A DNA stretch of 63,599 nt, filler included, from Reticulomyxa filosa (lineage: Eukaryota; Protista; Foraminifera): the NCBI GenBank assembly GCA_000512085.1. It is 28 parts of 28 records of this genome, joined end to end, with 100 filler letters (N's around TTAATTAATTAA, not from the genome) between each part and the next. Parts side by side here need not be neighbours in the genome. Positions count along the whole stretch, not along the records: positions 13,387 to 14,803 come from ASPP01004488.1; positions 14,904 to 16,114 come from ASPP01025551.1; positions 16,215 to 17,972 come from ASPP01004439.1; positions 18,073 to 19,072 come from ASPP01046055.1; positions 19,173 to 20,224 come from ASPP01038098.1; positions 20,325 to 22,005 come from ASPP01020595.1; positions 22,106 to 23,913 come from ASPP01010229.1; positions 24,014 to 26,824 come from ASPP01024653.1; 20 more parts are not named here. The stretch is one strand, 5' to 3'. The notes below the pieces were generated by a model. It did no database searches. It was not told where the DNA came from and was given only the letters and a program-made list of their open reading frames with translations. The position numbers and the translations under genes were made by a program. Positions within the stretch are counted from its first letter, which is position 1. Every line of letters begins with the position of its first letter. Shown piece after piece: positions 13,428 to 26,277 of this stretch.

Positions 13428-14710
13428 TATGTTGTTTAATTTGTTTGTGTTGCGTAAATCCGTGAAACAACAAGTATGTGAACCTGGATTGGGTAGACAA
13501 GGTTGCATTTGCATTTGCATTTGCATTTGTGTTTGTGGTTGTGGTTGTGGTTGTGGTTGACGTGCCGTCGTTGACTTTTTCTTCGATGTCGTCATTGGCA
13601 GCGGACGTGTGCTTGTCCAGTCTTCGTTCGATTTTGGGCTTTTTCGTCCGAGCGTTGCTTTTCTCGATTGGCGAGCTTTGTTCGTCCGTTTCACTCTTTG
13701 CGCTGCTCACCGATCCTGCGGCATCATCTGCCATTTTTCATACAGACAAGTAAGTCATCAGAAAAAGAAGATATTGGTGTCTCTTACAACGAAAAGGCGT
13801 GTCTTTTGTTTGTGAAGGGGGAAAGGGAGGGGGGGGTACTTTTTTTGGTCACATTAAAATGTACAAACAACATTTTCAAAAAAAAATGGAAAACTTGAAG
13901 TTTGGTGTTGATGCAAATGCAAGTAGTTTTGCAACCATTTGCGGTAGTCTTCATGAAAGGTGTCAGGTAGGTTGCTTTGGAGCAAAGAGAGGAGTTGCGG
14001 GGGTTGTGGTAATGGCGTCGATTGAGATGGTCGTGGCGGAGGAGGAGGAGGAGGAGGGAGGGGGTCGTTGTCGTCTTTGCGATGGCTTGTGTGGAGAAGA
14101 GACAGAAGACATATTACTGACGGCTTCAGGAGACAACTCAATGGTCTCTCTTGCGTTTCGGCCAAATCTTTCATCCGAGTTCAAGTCCACCGCAAATGTG
14201 CTTTGTTTCAACAATGCATCTTTGTCGTTCTGTTTTGATGATGATACTACTTTTTCAGCTGCATTTGCTCCTGTTGTCACAGCAGTAGATGCTAGCTGAG
14301 CAAACGACGGCAAAGGCTGTGTCATTTCTTGATGTGCTTCATCTTTACTTGTAACTTCCATCGACTCTTCCATTTCTTTGTTTTCTTTTCCAACTCTCCC
14401 ATCTTCTGTTTTCTTTTTTTTAAAAAAAAGAACGTGTGTCAATCAGAGGGGGGGGGGGGAGGGAGGCACATCAAAAAAAAAAAAGAATTAACAGGTGTCG
14501 CATCTCTTCGTCGCACAATAGCACGCACAGCTGGGACAGTGTTGGCAGTCGAGCGTGGCTTGCTGCTGTTGGACGAGGTCGACGATACCATCGAAGGCGT
14601 GGGGTGTCCGTCGTCCGACATCAATTCCACACCTGACATAAACATACCATTTTTCTCATTGTTATTTGTCCCTTCACTTTTGTTTCCATTTCCTATTGAT
14701 TTCATATTTA

Positions 14711-14747
<37 letters not shown>

Positions 14748-14803
14748 GTTATTGTCATTGTCCGAATTTGTGTCGGTATCTGTTCCACTTTCACTTTCAC
14801 TTT
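13387..14803 (-). CDS. Low-complexity (S/T/N/P-rich) hypothetical protein, internal exons
   Basis: Minus-strand ORFs 14439-14705, 13963-14442 and 13387-13734 separated by GT...AG introns. Confidence 0.45.
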
Positions 14804-14903
14804 NNNNNNNNNNNNNNNNNNNNNNNNNNNNNNNNNNNNNNNNNNNNTTAATTAATTAANNNNNNNNNNNNNNNNNNNNNNNNNNNNNNNNNNNNNNNNN
14901 NNN

Positions 14904-15480
14904 CGACAACGACATCGACATCGACATCCAAGAGTAGTGGAAGCTGCTCGACTTTTGATGCATCCTGATTGTCGCATAGACTCTGCGCGTGCCACGTGCG
15001 GAATAGCATGTCCTCTCCCACCTTAATCTCGCGAGGCAGTGCAAATAAAAAGTTGGCTTCCGAGTCGTCGCTTGGTCGAAGACGAATATCGAGGATCGAC
15101 TCTCGGTCAAGTCCCACAATCACAAACTTGGTGACTGTCACATTGCTCGCATGCCAATATCTCGTGTGCAGTGTCGCATCACTTTTGGATATTGTCAACT
15201 CTGGACGGCAATGTCTTTGTCCCAAACGACAGCTTGTAAAAATATCTGTCCAGTGCAACCCTTCTTTTGATTCACAATCGAGTGCACTCTCGCTATCGTG
15301 TCCGACAACGAACAGTCCACCGTGCATGTTTGATCTTGAAACGTGCGCACAAAGATTTGAATGTCTGTCGGTCTGCGTTCCTCCGACGAACTTGCTGTCC
15401 ACGACTGCATTTCGCTCTGCTTCTTTGCGTTTCTCCTCGTTTTCCTTCCATAATTGGATTTCGCGCTTCAGCTTGGACAC
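14904..15480 (-). CDS. Hypothetical protein fragment
   Basis: About 190 open codons with coding-like composition; stops upstream; family not recognised. Confidence 0.35.
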
Positions 15481-18072
15481 GTCTTATTTCCATCCTGCGT
15501 TCAGTTTGTGTTCAAACACACGCGATGTCTTCCTGCGCTCGCTTGTGCATCTTCCAATACTTTTTTCCACAAACTTGCCCATATTGGCTCCATCGTTTTT
15601 TGCTGTCTGTGTTCAAATCATTCATAACATTCAAACGTTTTATATATTTTAAACAAAGACAAAAAAAAAATATTAACTTAACTCCTTTTTTTTTCTTTTT
15701 TTCTCATTTTTATTCATTTTCTTCCTATTTTTTTTTTCTTTTTCCTTTTTTATTTTTTTTCTTCATTTTTTTTATTTTTTTTCTTCCTTCATTTTTTTTT
15801 ATTTCTTTTTCCCTACCATTTTTTCCATTTTTTTTTCATAATATTTTCCCAATTTTTTAAATTATTTTTTCCCATTTTTTTTCCAAATTTAGTATCCCCC
15901 TCCCCCCTTCATATACAATCATTTTTTTATATTTATCTTGAGCTTGAAAATCTGTAAAACAACAAAGAGTTTTTTTATTTTTAAAGAAAAAAACAAAAGA
16001 AATACATTTTTTATTTATGTGTACAAACATATATATTTTTTCATTGACGTGGGCATGCCTATTGATGAAGACAAACAAACAAAAGCATATTTTTATATAA
16101 ACAAAAACGTATATNNNNNNNNNNNNNNNNNNNNNNNNNNNNNNNNNNNNNNNNNNNNTTAATTAATTAANNNNNNNNNNNNNNNNNNNNNNNNNNNNNN
16201 NNNNNNNNNNNNNNACTATTCAAAAGTTGCTCCATTATTTAACAAAACAAAGTGATGAGTTACTTTAATGTGTTGGGAGCGCCGCTAGGTGGATACGTGG
16301 GCAACGTCAGTGTCAGCAGTCGATTATATTATGCTCCCCATCCCAAAGACCTTGTCGCTGTGGATACGAACGAATTGTTCTACTTCTTAAATCCGAGCGA
16401 TTCGGTTTTTTTGGTAATTGAAGTATCTTCTATCACTCAAAAAATGGTAGTTCTAAGGAACGAGCCTTTCAATGATCAAAATAACGGAGCGCTTGATAGT
16501 GGTATTGTTATTGAAATCGAAGCGCATACTCGAACGGCAAGAACTTAATTTATCACTCACAAGGATTTGCTGTTATTGCGCATGTTCCTCTTTCCTGCCA
16601 CCTGACGCTATAATCGTGATTGATTCCATTGCTTGAAAAAGTATTTATATATATGTATTACATATATTCAACATAACATCTTGATACGTATATTGATTAT
16701 ATATTTATATGTGTTGCTTGAAATTTTTGAATAAATATTTAAAAGTGCACAAATGAAGATCGCAGTTGTCGCTGGTTACATTGCCATTGGTGCTGTAGTG
16801 AGTTCCCAGCAGTAATGGCAATAGTAGCAGGTATCGATGGCCGCAGACATGAAAGTAAACAAAGTGGCAAATCATTGTCAAATTGTTGCTGATGGAAAGT
16901 CAATATAACGAATCATGGAGTCACATTACAACGTATGCCTGTCATTGAACAAATTTCAATTTTAGTGACGGCGTGCATTTGATATGGGTCATGGTATTGC
17001 GCTTTGAATGGCGTATAATTTGAAAAAAAATTGAAGGCCTCAAATTTTTGATTAAAAAATTTCTTTTTGTGTGAACCGAATTGTGTATTTTTTGGAATAA
17101 TTTCAACTCCAAATCTCCAGCTCACCTGACATCTTTCTAGCCTAATTAAATTAAATTTCTCGCAAAAAATTTTAAAAGAAAGTCGAAAATTGTAAATATT
17201 GATTTTGTTCTCTTTGAAAAACTGATAATTGGAATTAATCGCAGGTGATAATATGCAATAGACTGATTTTGCACTCTTCTATTGTTTAGAGTTGGTGCCA
17301 AAAAAAATACAATAACATTAAATGAGCCCAATTCATATCAAAGTGCTCCAAAAGAATCACTCGTAAGCTCCGACTGTGCAAAATAGGAACTGATTCTTGC
17401 CATTATTCCTGGCAAAAAAGACTTCGGGTAGTATCTTCTTGCCGTCATGTAGGAGCAGAAAACGTATAACAGAAGATAATAAAGAAAAAGAAAAGGAGGA
17501 AGAGGAAGTAGAGTTTGAAGCCAATGAGAACAAAAATGGCAATAATATTGGCAATTGGAAGTTGGAAAGATATGCAAGTTCTTTGGTCATGAAAATGAAC
17601 AAAAGAACTAGGAAATTCCAAAAAAAAGAAGAAAACCTGAACAGTAAATAAGACAAGGAAAAAGAAAGCAAAAATGGACTAAAAAGTATAGAAATGAGAA
17701 AACAGTTAAAAAAAAGAAATGAATGAAGAGAGGCTAACAATAATGACAATGGGAACTTCGTTTCCACAATAAAGTTTGTCACCCACTCTTGATACTAATT
17801 ACTGCGATTGCAAGTGTAGTTGATGTGTTATTGATGTTTCCATGCCACAATTAATATAAGAGAGCACATATTTTCGTCCTGTTGTGACAATTGATGGAGC
17901 AGCTCATCGACTTTTTTTCATTTCCTTCAAGGATTCGCGTGGAAGATGAGAAAAACAAAAACACAATAAAAANNNNNNNNNNNNNNNNNNNNNNNNNNNN
18001 NNNNNNNNNNNNNNNNTTAATTAATTAANNNNNNNNNNNNNNNNNNNNNNNNNNNNNNNNNNNNNNNNNNNN

Positions 18073-19060
18073 GATAAACTTGAGCAGATGGTCTGTTTTG
18101 AGGTGCGGGCTGAAGCAATATGGAGACAAAGTTCATGCATCGCTTTGAAATACTGCAATCCATTGGAAATTGCCATCGATTGCTAAACACATTTCGCTTA
18201 ACATCTTCGATATTTTCACCGAGAAAACAGCATTTTCCAGTCACCATCTCAAAAGTCATGACACCAACGCTCCAAATGTCTATTATACGCGTTTGTTTAT
18301 TTGTGTGTTCATTTGACGATTATTCTGCCAAGGCCACTAAAAACATACACGTACACATGCAACACATACCGGAAGCTTTGATTTTCCAGCCGCAATGATG
18401 ACTTTATGTTGTATTTTAAAATAAGCCAAAACAAACATTTTTTTTTTGTGAAAGAGGATGAGAACAAGAGAGAAAAGTAGTTTATTCGTTGTATTTGCTT
18501 GCAAAAATGACTTCCATTAAAAAAAACAACAAGCAATACATACGCATGTATATATTTATACATGTACATACATACTTTGTACACTCATAAATAAGCACAT
18601 ATGTAAAGTACAAAACCTCCATCTCTCAGGAGCCAAATAAATTGGTGTTCCGTTCAATTCATCGCAGACCATCCAGTCATCTTCGATGCCAACAGCAACT
18701 CCAAAGTCGATGATTTTTGGGTTGTCAAAAGGGACGACTATCAATCCATTTTCGAACTTTGCATTCCTAAAGACCACATTTTCTGGTTTCAAATCGCGAT
18801 GAGCGATTTGACAGGTGTTGTGTAAATACGACAACGTGTGCAGTAATGAACGAACAATTCTTTTGGTATTTCTCTCGCTGAGACGTTCTTGGGATTTTAT
18901 TACCTCTAGTTCCGTTTATTTGTTTATTTCGTTTTTATTCGTCCTGATTGTCGTCAACTTGATTAAAAAAAAAAAAATACAACAAAACGAAATAAATTGA
19001 TGTCCGCACATTCCGTAATGATACAGGCGTAATTTTCATGTACAAATGCACACTCAAACC
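18073..19060 (-). CDS. Ser/Thr protein kinase, CAMK group (partial, multi-exon)
   Basis: CIITECAD, LSYLH..QIAHRDLKPENV, KIIDFG, GTPIYLAPE, DIWSVGV.TFEMVTG, ISKRCMNFVSILL...PQNRPSA. Confidence 0.9.
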
Positions 19061-19172
19061 TTTGCGAGCGAANNNNNNNNNNNNNNNNNNNNNNNNNNNN
19101 NNNNNNNNNNNNNNNNTTAATTAATTAANNNNNNNNNNNNNNNNNNNNNNNNNNNNNNNNNNNNNNNNNNNN

Positions 19173-19800
19173 AACTTACCATTACTGGTTGAATTAAAGT
19201 TTGTTCATGATTGATAAGAGTTGTCATTTTGCAACTGCTTTTGGTTTTTGCTTGGATAGTCTTCAATGATGTAAAATGGAAAAGTTTAACTTTTTTTTTC
19301 AAGTTCAATGAAGGGACTTCTTTTTGGTCAACAATGCTTTGACAGAAATTGGATGTTGCAATTGAACACTCCAGAACAAATTAGTTAGTTCATTAGTTTG
19401 ATTTACAAACAATTCAATTGATCTTTCCTTTTTTTTTCTGTGATATAAATTTAATATATCTTATTTTATCGTTTCCTTTGATCACATATAATTCATTTTT
19501 ATTTGATTGAATATTTCAAAAATGGATTTAATATGGCGAAAATTTCATAAAACTCACATAACTTGGATGTCCATTGAATCCCATATACTAACTGTTTTAT
19601 CATCTGATTCAGAGCAAATGAATTGACAATCATCAGATGCTGAACAGTCAATATATTATTCACACAATTAGTATGTCCAGTAAATGTATTGATTAATTTG
19701 GATAATGAACGAAACAGATTAAAATTGATATATTAAATGATTATTTAAATCTTTTAATATTCCTTTAAAATCACATTTAATGTCACGTGATTGAATTGGA
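19173..19800 (-). pseudogene. WD40-repeat pseudogene
   Basis: KLINTFTGHTNCV..ID, FICSESDDKTVSIWD, MKFSPY with frameshifts and stops. Confidence 0.7.
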
Positions 19801-20324
19801 TAATAGTTGTTGTTTTTAAAGAAACAATTGTAGACAATATTCTTCAGTCTTTACTTCATCTTTTGCATTTTCTTCCTTTATTTGCTTCATTTTTTTTGTT
19901 TTATTAATAATTGGCACTCGAAACTTCAAACAAAAATTTTTGGAGCTGAAGTTCTGTCAAAAAAACTCTTTTTTGTTTTACAAAAATGGATAGATGTAGT
20001 TCTCTTTTATATTTAAAAACAATGTAAGTTCACAAAAATCAATTACAATTATTCCTTGTTCTTTTTCATCTGTTTGTATTTTCGGAGGAGTTGGAAAATA
20101 TTTACACTAGACTATTCCTAAATATAAAATCCTCAAGCCCATTTTTATCTTGGAGATTCAAGTATTTTCTGTCCTGCTTGATGTACTTCTTCCTTCTAAG
20201 AATATTGAAATCAATTGTCAAAACNNNNNNNNNNNNNNNNNNNNNNNNNNNNNNNNNNNNNNNNNNNNTTAATTAATTAANNNNNNNNNNNNNNNNNNNN
20301 NNNNNNNNNNNNNNNNNNNNNNNN

Positions 20325-21884
20325 CTTTCATAGACATACGTGCCAACTTTAATGACATGTTTGCGAGGTTTTGCAAAACACAAGTTTGGTATCACTTTCA
20401 ATATTCTTACATTCTCAACTCTTTTGTGGATCATTATCTCGACATACGCTTGGTTTTTACTTTTGCATAGGCTTTTTGGAAGTGGGTTGCATCACGGTCA
20501 AGGCCAACATTGTGATTTTTTTGTTTTGTTATGCTCTGTTTTATTAGCCTGCTTTTTTTTTTTTCTTTTTGCTGTGGTGTTCTCCAGTGAGAAAACATTT
20601 ATTACGTACTTTGATACTATTACCTTTTTTTTTGTTGTTGCTATATCGTTGATTTGAGTGATGAGGTTAACAATTTGCTATTTTTTTGTTAATAAAATTA
20701 AGTCTTATCAGTGTTTGTTTATTCAAAGACCCGTTCTAAAAAAAAAACACCGTATTTTAATTTCTTGTATTATTGGCTCGGTTTTTGAATTATCCTTATT
20801 TTACTTACTCGGCTTATGCTTGTATTTGGTTGACAGCATTGAAAGTATTGGTAGATCGACACAGCATTTCCTCTCTTGCAGGACATTGATTAATAAGAAG
20901 AAAAAAATATTACCATATAGTACAAAATGAACTGTTTCAAAGAAGAACAAAAAGACACTAGTTGACGGAGTGTCACAAGAAAATTTTGTCTGTGTTGGCT
21001 AAGCTTCTAAAATGGCAAATGTGAATAATCAAAAAGATCATCTCCAACCACGTACTTCTCAAAGCCATACGATAGAAAGTAAAGATGTGATGGCAACAGA
21101 GTATGATGATAGCCGTAGTGGTCTTGGAGCCCGAGCGACCCCACAACTAGAGAGCAATACGCAGACCGAAGAGTCACCGATGCCAATATCGGTATCTTCC
21201 GACCCGACGAATGTGATCAGTAGTAACAGCGCAGGCGACCATACATGGGCAGATTCGGAAGAAGACATGGACGTGGAATCAGATAGTCAATGGTATTACC
21301 CTCCAGGACACGAAAGCCGGCGACTGAGCGCAAAGCAGGAGAAGCAGCAACAGAGAAGAGCGAAACTGCGAGGAATAAAGGAGGAGCACGAAGAGGAGCA
21401 CTATGAAAGCACGATGATAAGTAACAACGTCTCTTCCACAAGGACACGACATGTATCGAAGCGGAATTTCTTTGAAGAATTGGATCCAAGTCATAATGAA
21501 AAGGAGGAAGATCCATCTCCCATCGATAATGAACAGCAACAACAACAACAACAACAACAACATAGCGAAATCACAACCAATCACAATACCAATACAAATG
21601 CCAATGATAACAAGGAGAATGACGATGTGTCCATTGCAAGTGTCCCTCATCGCCATCGTCACCGTTACCCTTTGCAACTCGATAAGATTGCAGTGAGCAG
21701 CAGCAGCCCCACGAGACATGAGCCAGATGTGCGAGTTGCATTTGACAACGACGCCACCCCGTCGAACACGGCCGACGAAGACCTGGAGCTTTTGATGGAG
21801 CGCAAAGAGAAGCTCGCGAAGCTGCGGAAGAGATGTCAAAAAGTCCAAAGAAGGCTATCGAGTGAAGTTTTGTCCTGTATTTAA
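20325..21884 (+). CDS. Predicted multi-pass membrane protein with long acidic low-complexity tail (partial)
   Basis: Hydrophobic ORFs 20340-20930 followed by the 290-aa hydrophilic ORF 21012-21884; exon joins uncertain. Confidence 0.45.
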
Positions 21885-22162
21885 TAAACTATGCAAAGTA
21901 CATTGAGCTATTACATATGTTACGTACCCTGATTCATTTTATATACAACACAACGTATACACATCATATTTGGCAGTTTTTTTTTTTTTTTTTTTTTTTT
22001 TTTCTNNNNNNNNNNNNNNNNNNNNNNNNNNNNNNNNNNNNNNNNNNNNTTAATTAATTAANNNNNNNNNNNNNNNNNNNNNNNNNNNNNNNNNNNNNNN
22101 NNNNNTTTTTTTTTTGATAGTTACAAAATGAATTGCTTTCATTCCTTTGTTGAAATCGGAAC

Positions 22163-22951
22163 TTGCAAATTGTGTCAGGTGCCGATAAGCAAGCCTGGTA
22201 TGATATGGTCGACATGGATGGCTATCATACGCTAAAGACGATATACCAGTCACTACACTTGGAAGGGGATGACGCACGTACGATGCAATCCAATTGGATT
22301 GCTTTTGAACTGGCCATTGTCGAAAAGTGTATCCCGTTGGCCATCCCGTTACGAAAAGAGTTGCATAACGTGGCCTCGCAAAAGATCCACCCTTTCGCAC
22401 AAGGAACAGTCATGCAGCAACACACCATGGCCACCCCCTTGGTTATACGTAAGGGACACTATCACTCTTCGAGCAAGAGCGGTAGTCACAATGACAACAA
22501 CAACAGCAACAACAACGACGATGACGACAATGAAGGTCAGAGCTATGACAAGGACCTCAATAGCAAGAAACAGCATGTTGTACATACTGTTAATGTACGT
22601 CTTCAGTTGCTAACTCGACAACATGTAGATACTACATATCAATACCAACAGCAACGACAACAAGAAAAAGAGGAAAAACTCATTGCAAAACATTTAAACA
22701 AAACTTTGGAGAGCTCAAACTTTTCTTTGACAACTGACCTGGTGTCTCCTTCCAACCGACGATCACATGCCACCACAGTTGCGCATTCAAAGGACGCAAC
22801 TTCAAATCACAGCCCGTGGCGCATTTGGGTCACTATTGAAAACACGGAAACCAACGAAATGTACGAACATTTTCCTATTGATTGGATAGAAAATATTGTT
22901 CCCGGAAATAGACATGTTTTGTTGTCCAATTCCAAAAAAATAATTGTTTGA
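22163..22951 (+). CDS. Hypothetical protein, last exon; possible PH-like segment
   Basis: 262-aa ORF; FAQGTVM...WRIWV...FPIDWIENIVPG weakly recalls split PH strands. Confidence 0.45.
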   Translation: MQIVSGADKQAWYDMVDMDGYHTLKTIYQSLHLEGDDARTMQSNWIAFELAIVEKCIPLAIPLRKELHNVASQKIHPFAQGTVMQQHTMATPLVIRKGHYHSSSKSGSHNDNNNSNNNDDDDNEGQSYDKDLNSKKQHVVHTVNVRLQLLTRQHVDTTYQYQQQRQQEKEEKLIAKHLNKTLESSNFSLTTDLVSPSNRRSHATTVAHSKDATSNHSPWRIWVTIENTETNEMYEHFPIDWIENIVPGNRHVLLSNSKKIIV

Positions 22952-23398
22952 TGATTGTATATTTGTATGTTTTTCAATCCATCAAATTGAAACGAAAACA
23001 TGTTTGTTTGGAGTGTGCAAGTGAACTTGAGTGTCGTCTTTGGACGCAAGCTCTTAAACAAATTCTCAAATTTTCTTAGATTTTATGTACACGAACTATT
23101 ATTCACTTGTTTTAATATATTTTTGTTCTTTCTTTTTTTGGTCTTTCTGACTTCTTCTAATTTATCATTCAGCTCATCTCCACGTTTACATTACACATGT
23201 ACAAAAATAATTCTTTTTTTTTTGAAAAGATGTCAGATGGTCTTGCGCAGGTGCTTTGCTGTATCTGTTTCATTTCTTCTTTTCACTGATATGAGCGTCA
23301 GGGAATAATAACAACAAGAACATTGAGAAATTTCGAAAACTTAACTTCTTCGTGAGGCGACACTAGCTGCAAAAAAAAACTTTCTTTTTTAAAAAAAA

Positions 23399-23810
23399 AT
23401 GGGTTGTGTAAATTCTGTGAAGGTAGTAGAACAGGATGAACTGTTTAAGCCTAAAGATAAGAAAATAGCACGTTTAAGAGAGACCAAAAAAAAATTGTGA
23501 TTGTTGGTCCAGGAGGAGGTGGAAAAACCACTATTTTCAAACAATTGAGACGGCTGTTTTCTGCAGACATGGGAGACGACGAAAGAATACTACATAATGA
23601 TCATGTTAAACAATTTATAATTGACACAACGCATCACGTGTTATCCGCGATTCCAGACTGCACAGGCTTGTCAGAAGCAGGACAATATGCGTATTATTTT
23701 TTACAAGGTTTGGACGTGAAATCACCCATCGACGAAGTAGTAGCAGATCACATACTGACTCTTTGGCACGAGCCACTATTCAAACAAGCGTTCGAAGACG
23801 AAGTGGGGTG
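23399..23810 (+). CDS. Heterotrimeric G-protein alpha subunit, divergent, 5' part (frameshift in A-run 23486-23494)
   Basis: MGC N-terminus at 23399; K(I)VIVGPGGGGKTTIFKQLRRLF P-loop region; helical-domain VADHILTLWHEPLFKQAF. Confidence 0.82.
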
Positions 23811-24013
23811 CACATACACAAACACCAATCCTTCCTACCTTCTCTTCTTCCTTAACATTGTTGTTGAAGGTTTTTTTGTTTTGTTTTTGAATTTTTAAAA
23901 AAAAAAAAAAAAANNNNNNNNNNNNNNNNNNNNNNNNNNNNNNNNNNNNNNNNNNNNTTAATTAATTAANNNNNNNNNNNNNNNNNNNNNNNNNNNNNNN
24001 NNNNNNNNNNNNN

Positions 24014-25782
24014 TTTTCCTTGAATTATCATAATTTTTTTTTGATAAAATTTTTCTTCTTCTTCTTCTAAAAATTCAATAATATGTTTTTCACAATCAAA
24101 TATTTCTTGCTTTTTATTATCATTACCATCTATATATAAATGATTATTTGCTTGTAATGGAATATATGTTTTAAGTGCTTGTAAAATATTAATATCTTCT
24201 TCTATTTCTTTTTTTCTTGATTCTTGTAATAATAATGCAAAATCAGCACAACTTGCTATATTTTTAATTCCAATTATATATTTTTCATAATATTCATATA
24301 AAATTACATAAATAGCTTTTCCTTTTTCTTTATTTGGTTTAAAATTACAAAGTTGTTCATATACAAATTGTATAATTTTTAAAAATATATTATTATTAAT
24401 TTCTTCTTCATTTTTTTTAAATAATTGTGATGGTTTTAATATTCCAATATCTGAATGAGATTTATAACGATTTGCTAATCTTTGAATTTCTTTATCATCA
24501 ATCCATTCACAAATTATATCATTAATATTTTTTAATGTTTCATTACTTGCTTGTTTTAAATTATCTTCTTCTATATTTTTTGATTTCCATGCTCTAATAT
24601 GTTCATAAAATAAATGACTTAATTTAGGATTTTCAATTATAGTATATTCTTGTAATGTTGTAAATTTTTTTAATGTTAGCTTGCATTTCTATATAAACAT
24701 CATATTTTGGAACATATAATTTAATATTATGAAATCTATGATGTGTTTTTGATTGTTTTTCAAAAAAATCTTTATCTTCAGATACTATTAAATTAAATTT
24801 TTCTGCTTTTTTCATTACTTCTACAGCTGTTCTTAATTTAGTATCATTATCACATAAAATAGTAAATCTTCCAATATCAAATACTCGATTAAAATTATCA
24901 TCATAATCTATTTTAATTTTTTCTAATAAACGATTCATATCTTTTATTTTAGATGGTTTTGCTACAATAATTGAATATTGTTCTAATTCATTTACTAAAT
25001 TTATAATTTCATTACTTATCATTGCAGCTTCACTTCGATTAATTAAATCTTGTAAAGTTATTGCATGTTGAATAATTTTATTAGCTTTTAATTTATAGGA
25101 TAATTCTGATTCAAGTGAATAAGTACATTGATAATTATTATCATTTATATGTGCTAAACCATTACTTGCATATATGGAATGTTCTGAATTAAAAAACATA
25201 ACTTTTATAACTGATGTAACAGTTAGTTGTTCACAATCAGGACAATGATAAGATACCTTATTCGGAATAATTGAAATATCTTTAAATTCTTCATTTATCC
25301 ATACTAAAAGTTTTCCTTTTGAGGCTAAGCATGTTTCATTAGTACAATAACCTTGTAAATTTATTCCTGGTCCATATTCTCCAGTATATCCTGTATTTAC
25401 ATCTTTTTTTAATTTATCTGCGTTTTCTTCAACGTGTTTAATTTCTTCCATTTCCTTTTTTTTTTATTAAAAAAAATAAATAATTTAAATCTATGTTTTG
25501 GTATATATGTATATGTATATATGTGTATATGTATATATGTACAATGTATATATGTATATATACATTTTGTCGCAATAAATTCGAAACCATTTTTTCAATC
25601 ACCAAAGTTACATTGCCATTATTTTGTTCCATTTCTTTTTTTAATTCATTTTCATCTTCAATTTTATCACCAAATAATCTTATTAATGCTTCCATTTCTT
25701 TTTTATATTTATCTTGCTCAATCTTATTTTGTATTCCTTCTGAAAGCTTGTCATTTGATGTATCAATATCAAATTCTACCAT
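24014..25782 (-). CDS. Multidomain protein: helical UBA/CUE-like N-terminus + Cys-rich module + RelA/SpoT-like nucleotidyltransferase + probable start of a NACHT/STAND NTPase (3' truncated; frameshifts near 24676 and 24040)
   Basis: Exon 1 25782-25564, exon 2 from 25454. Motifs GPGINLQGYCTNETC...CPDC; KIKDMNRLLEKIKIDY, VFDIGRFTILC, KDFFEKQSKTHHRFHNIKL, YIEMQA. The shifted frame stays open for about 215 codons (SHLFYEHIR...YIPLQA) and the contig ends in IMIIQGK. Confidence 0.72.
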
Positions 25783-26277
25783 TTTTAATAAAATACAAGG
25801 ATTTTTACATTTAAAATAATTTTTATTGTATGTACGTGTCATATACTTCTCTTCCCCTTTTGTTTTAAAAAATCTATTTTGAATTAACTTTGATCAGTCT
25901 TTTCTGTCTTTGTAATTGAGTTCCATTCGACGCTCATATTCTCAAAAAACGTGAATAGTAAGTATCTTTGTAATTGTATTTTTTAAAAAAAACAAAGAAA
26001 ATGTCAAATCAGACACGTAGAATGTTTCAAATTAAACGATAACTTTTAAAAGTTTTTTAACAAAAGGGAATGAGAAAATAAATTATTTTATATCATTTAT
26101 AAGTAGTTTAACATTTTTTAAAAAAATTTACATATAATTATTACTATAATACTGCTGCTGAATCACTCAAAATGTGAGAAATTGGTACAATTAATAAACA
26201 TATCTAAGATCTTATCCCTCATTTCTATAAAACAAACTCTGTTTAACTCAGAAGTTTAAATTCCTTCCAATCTTCAA

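Noticed and set aside
20380-20398. Exact 19-mer ACAAGTTTGGTATCACTTT shared with 39754-39772
   Set aside because: Flanks do not align; an isolated match in AT-rich DNA cannot be distinguished from chance.
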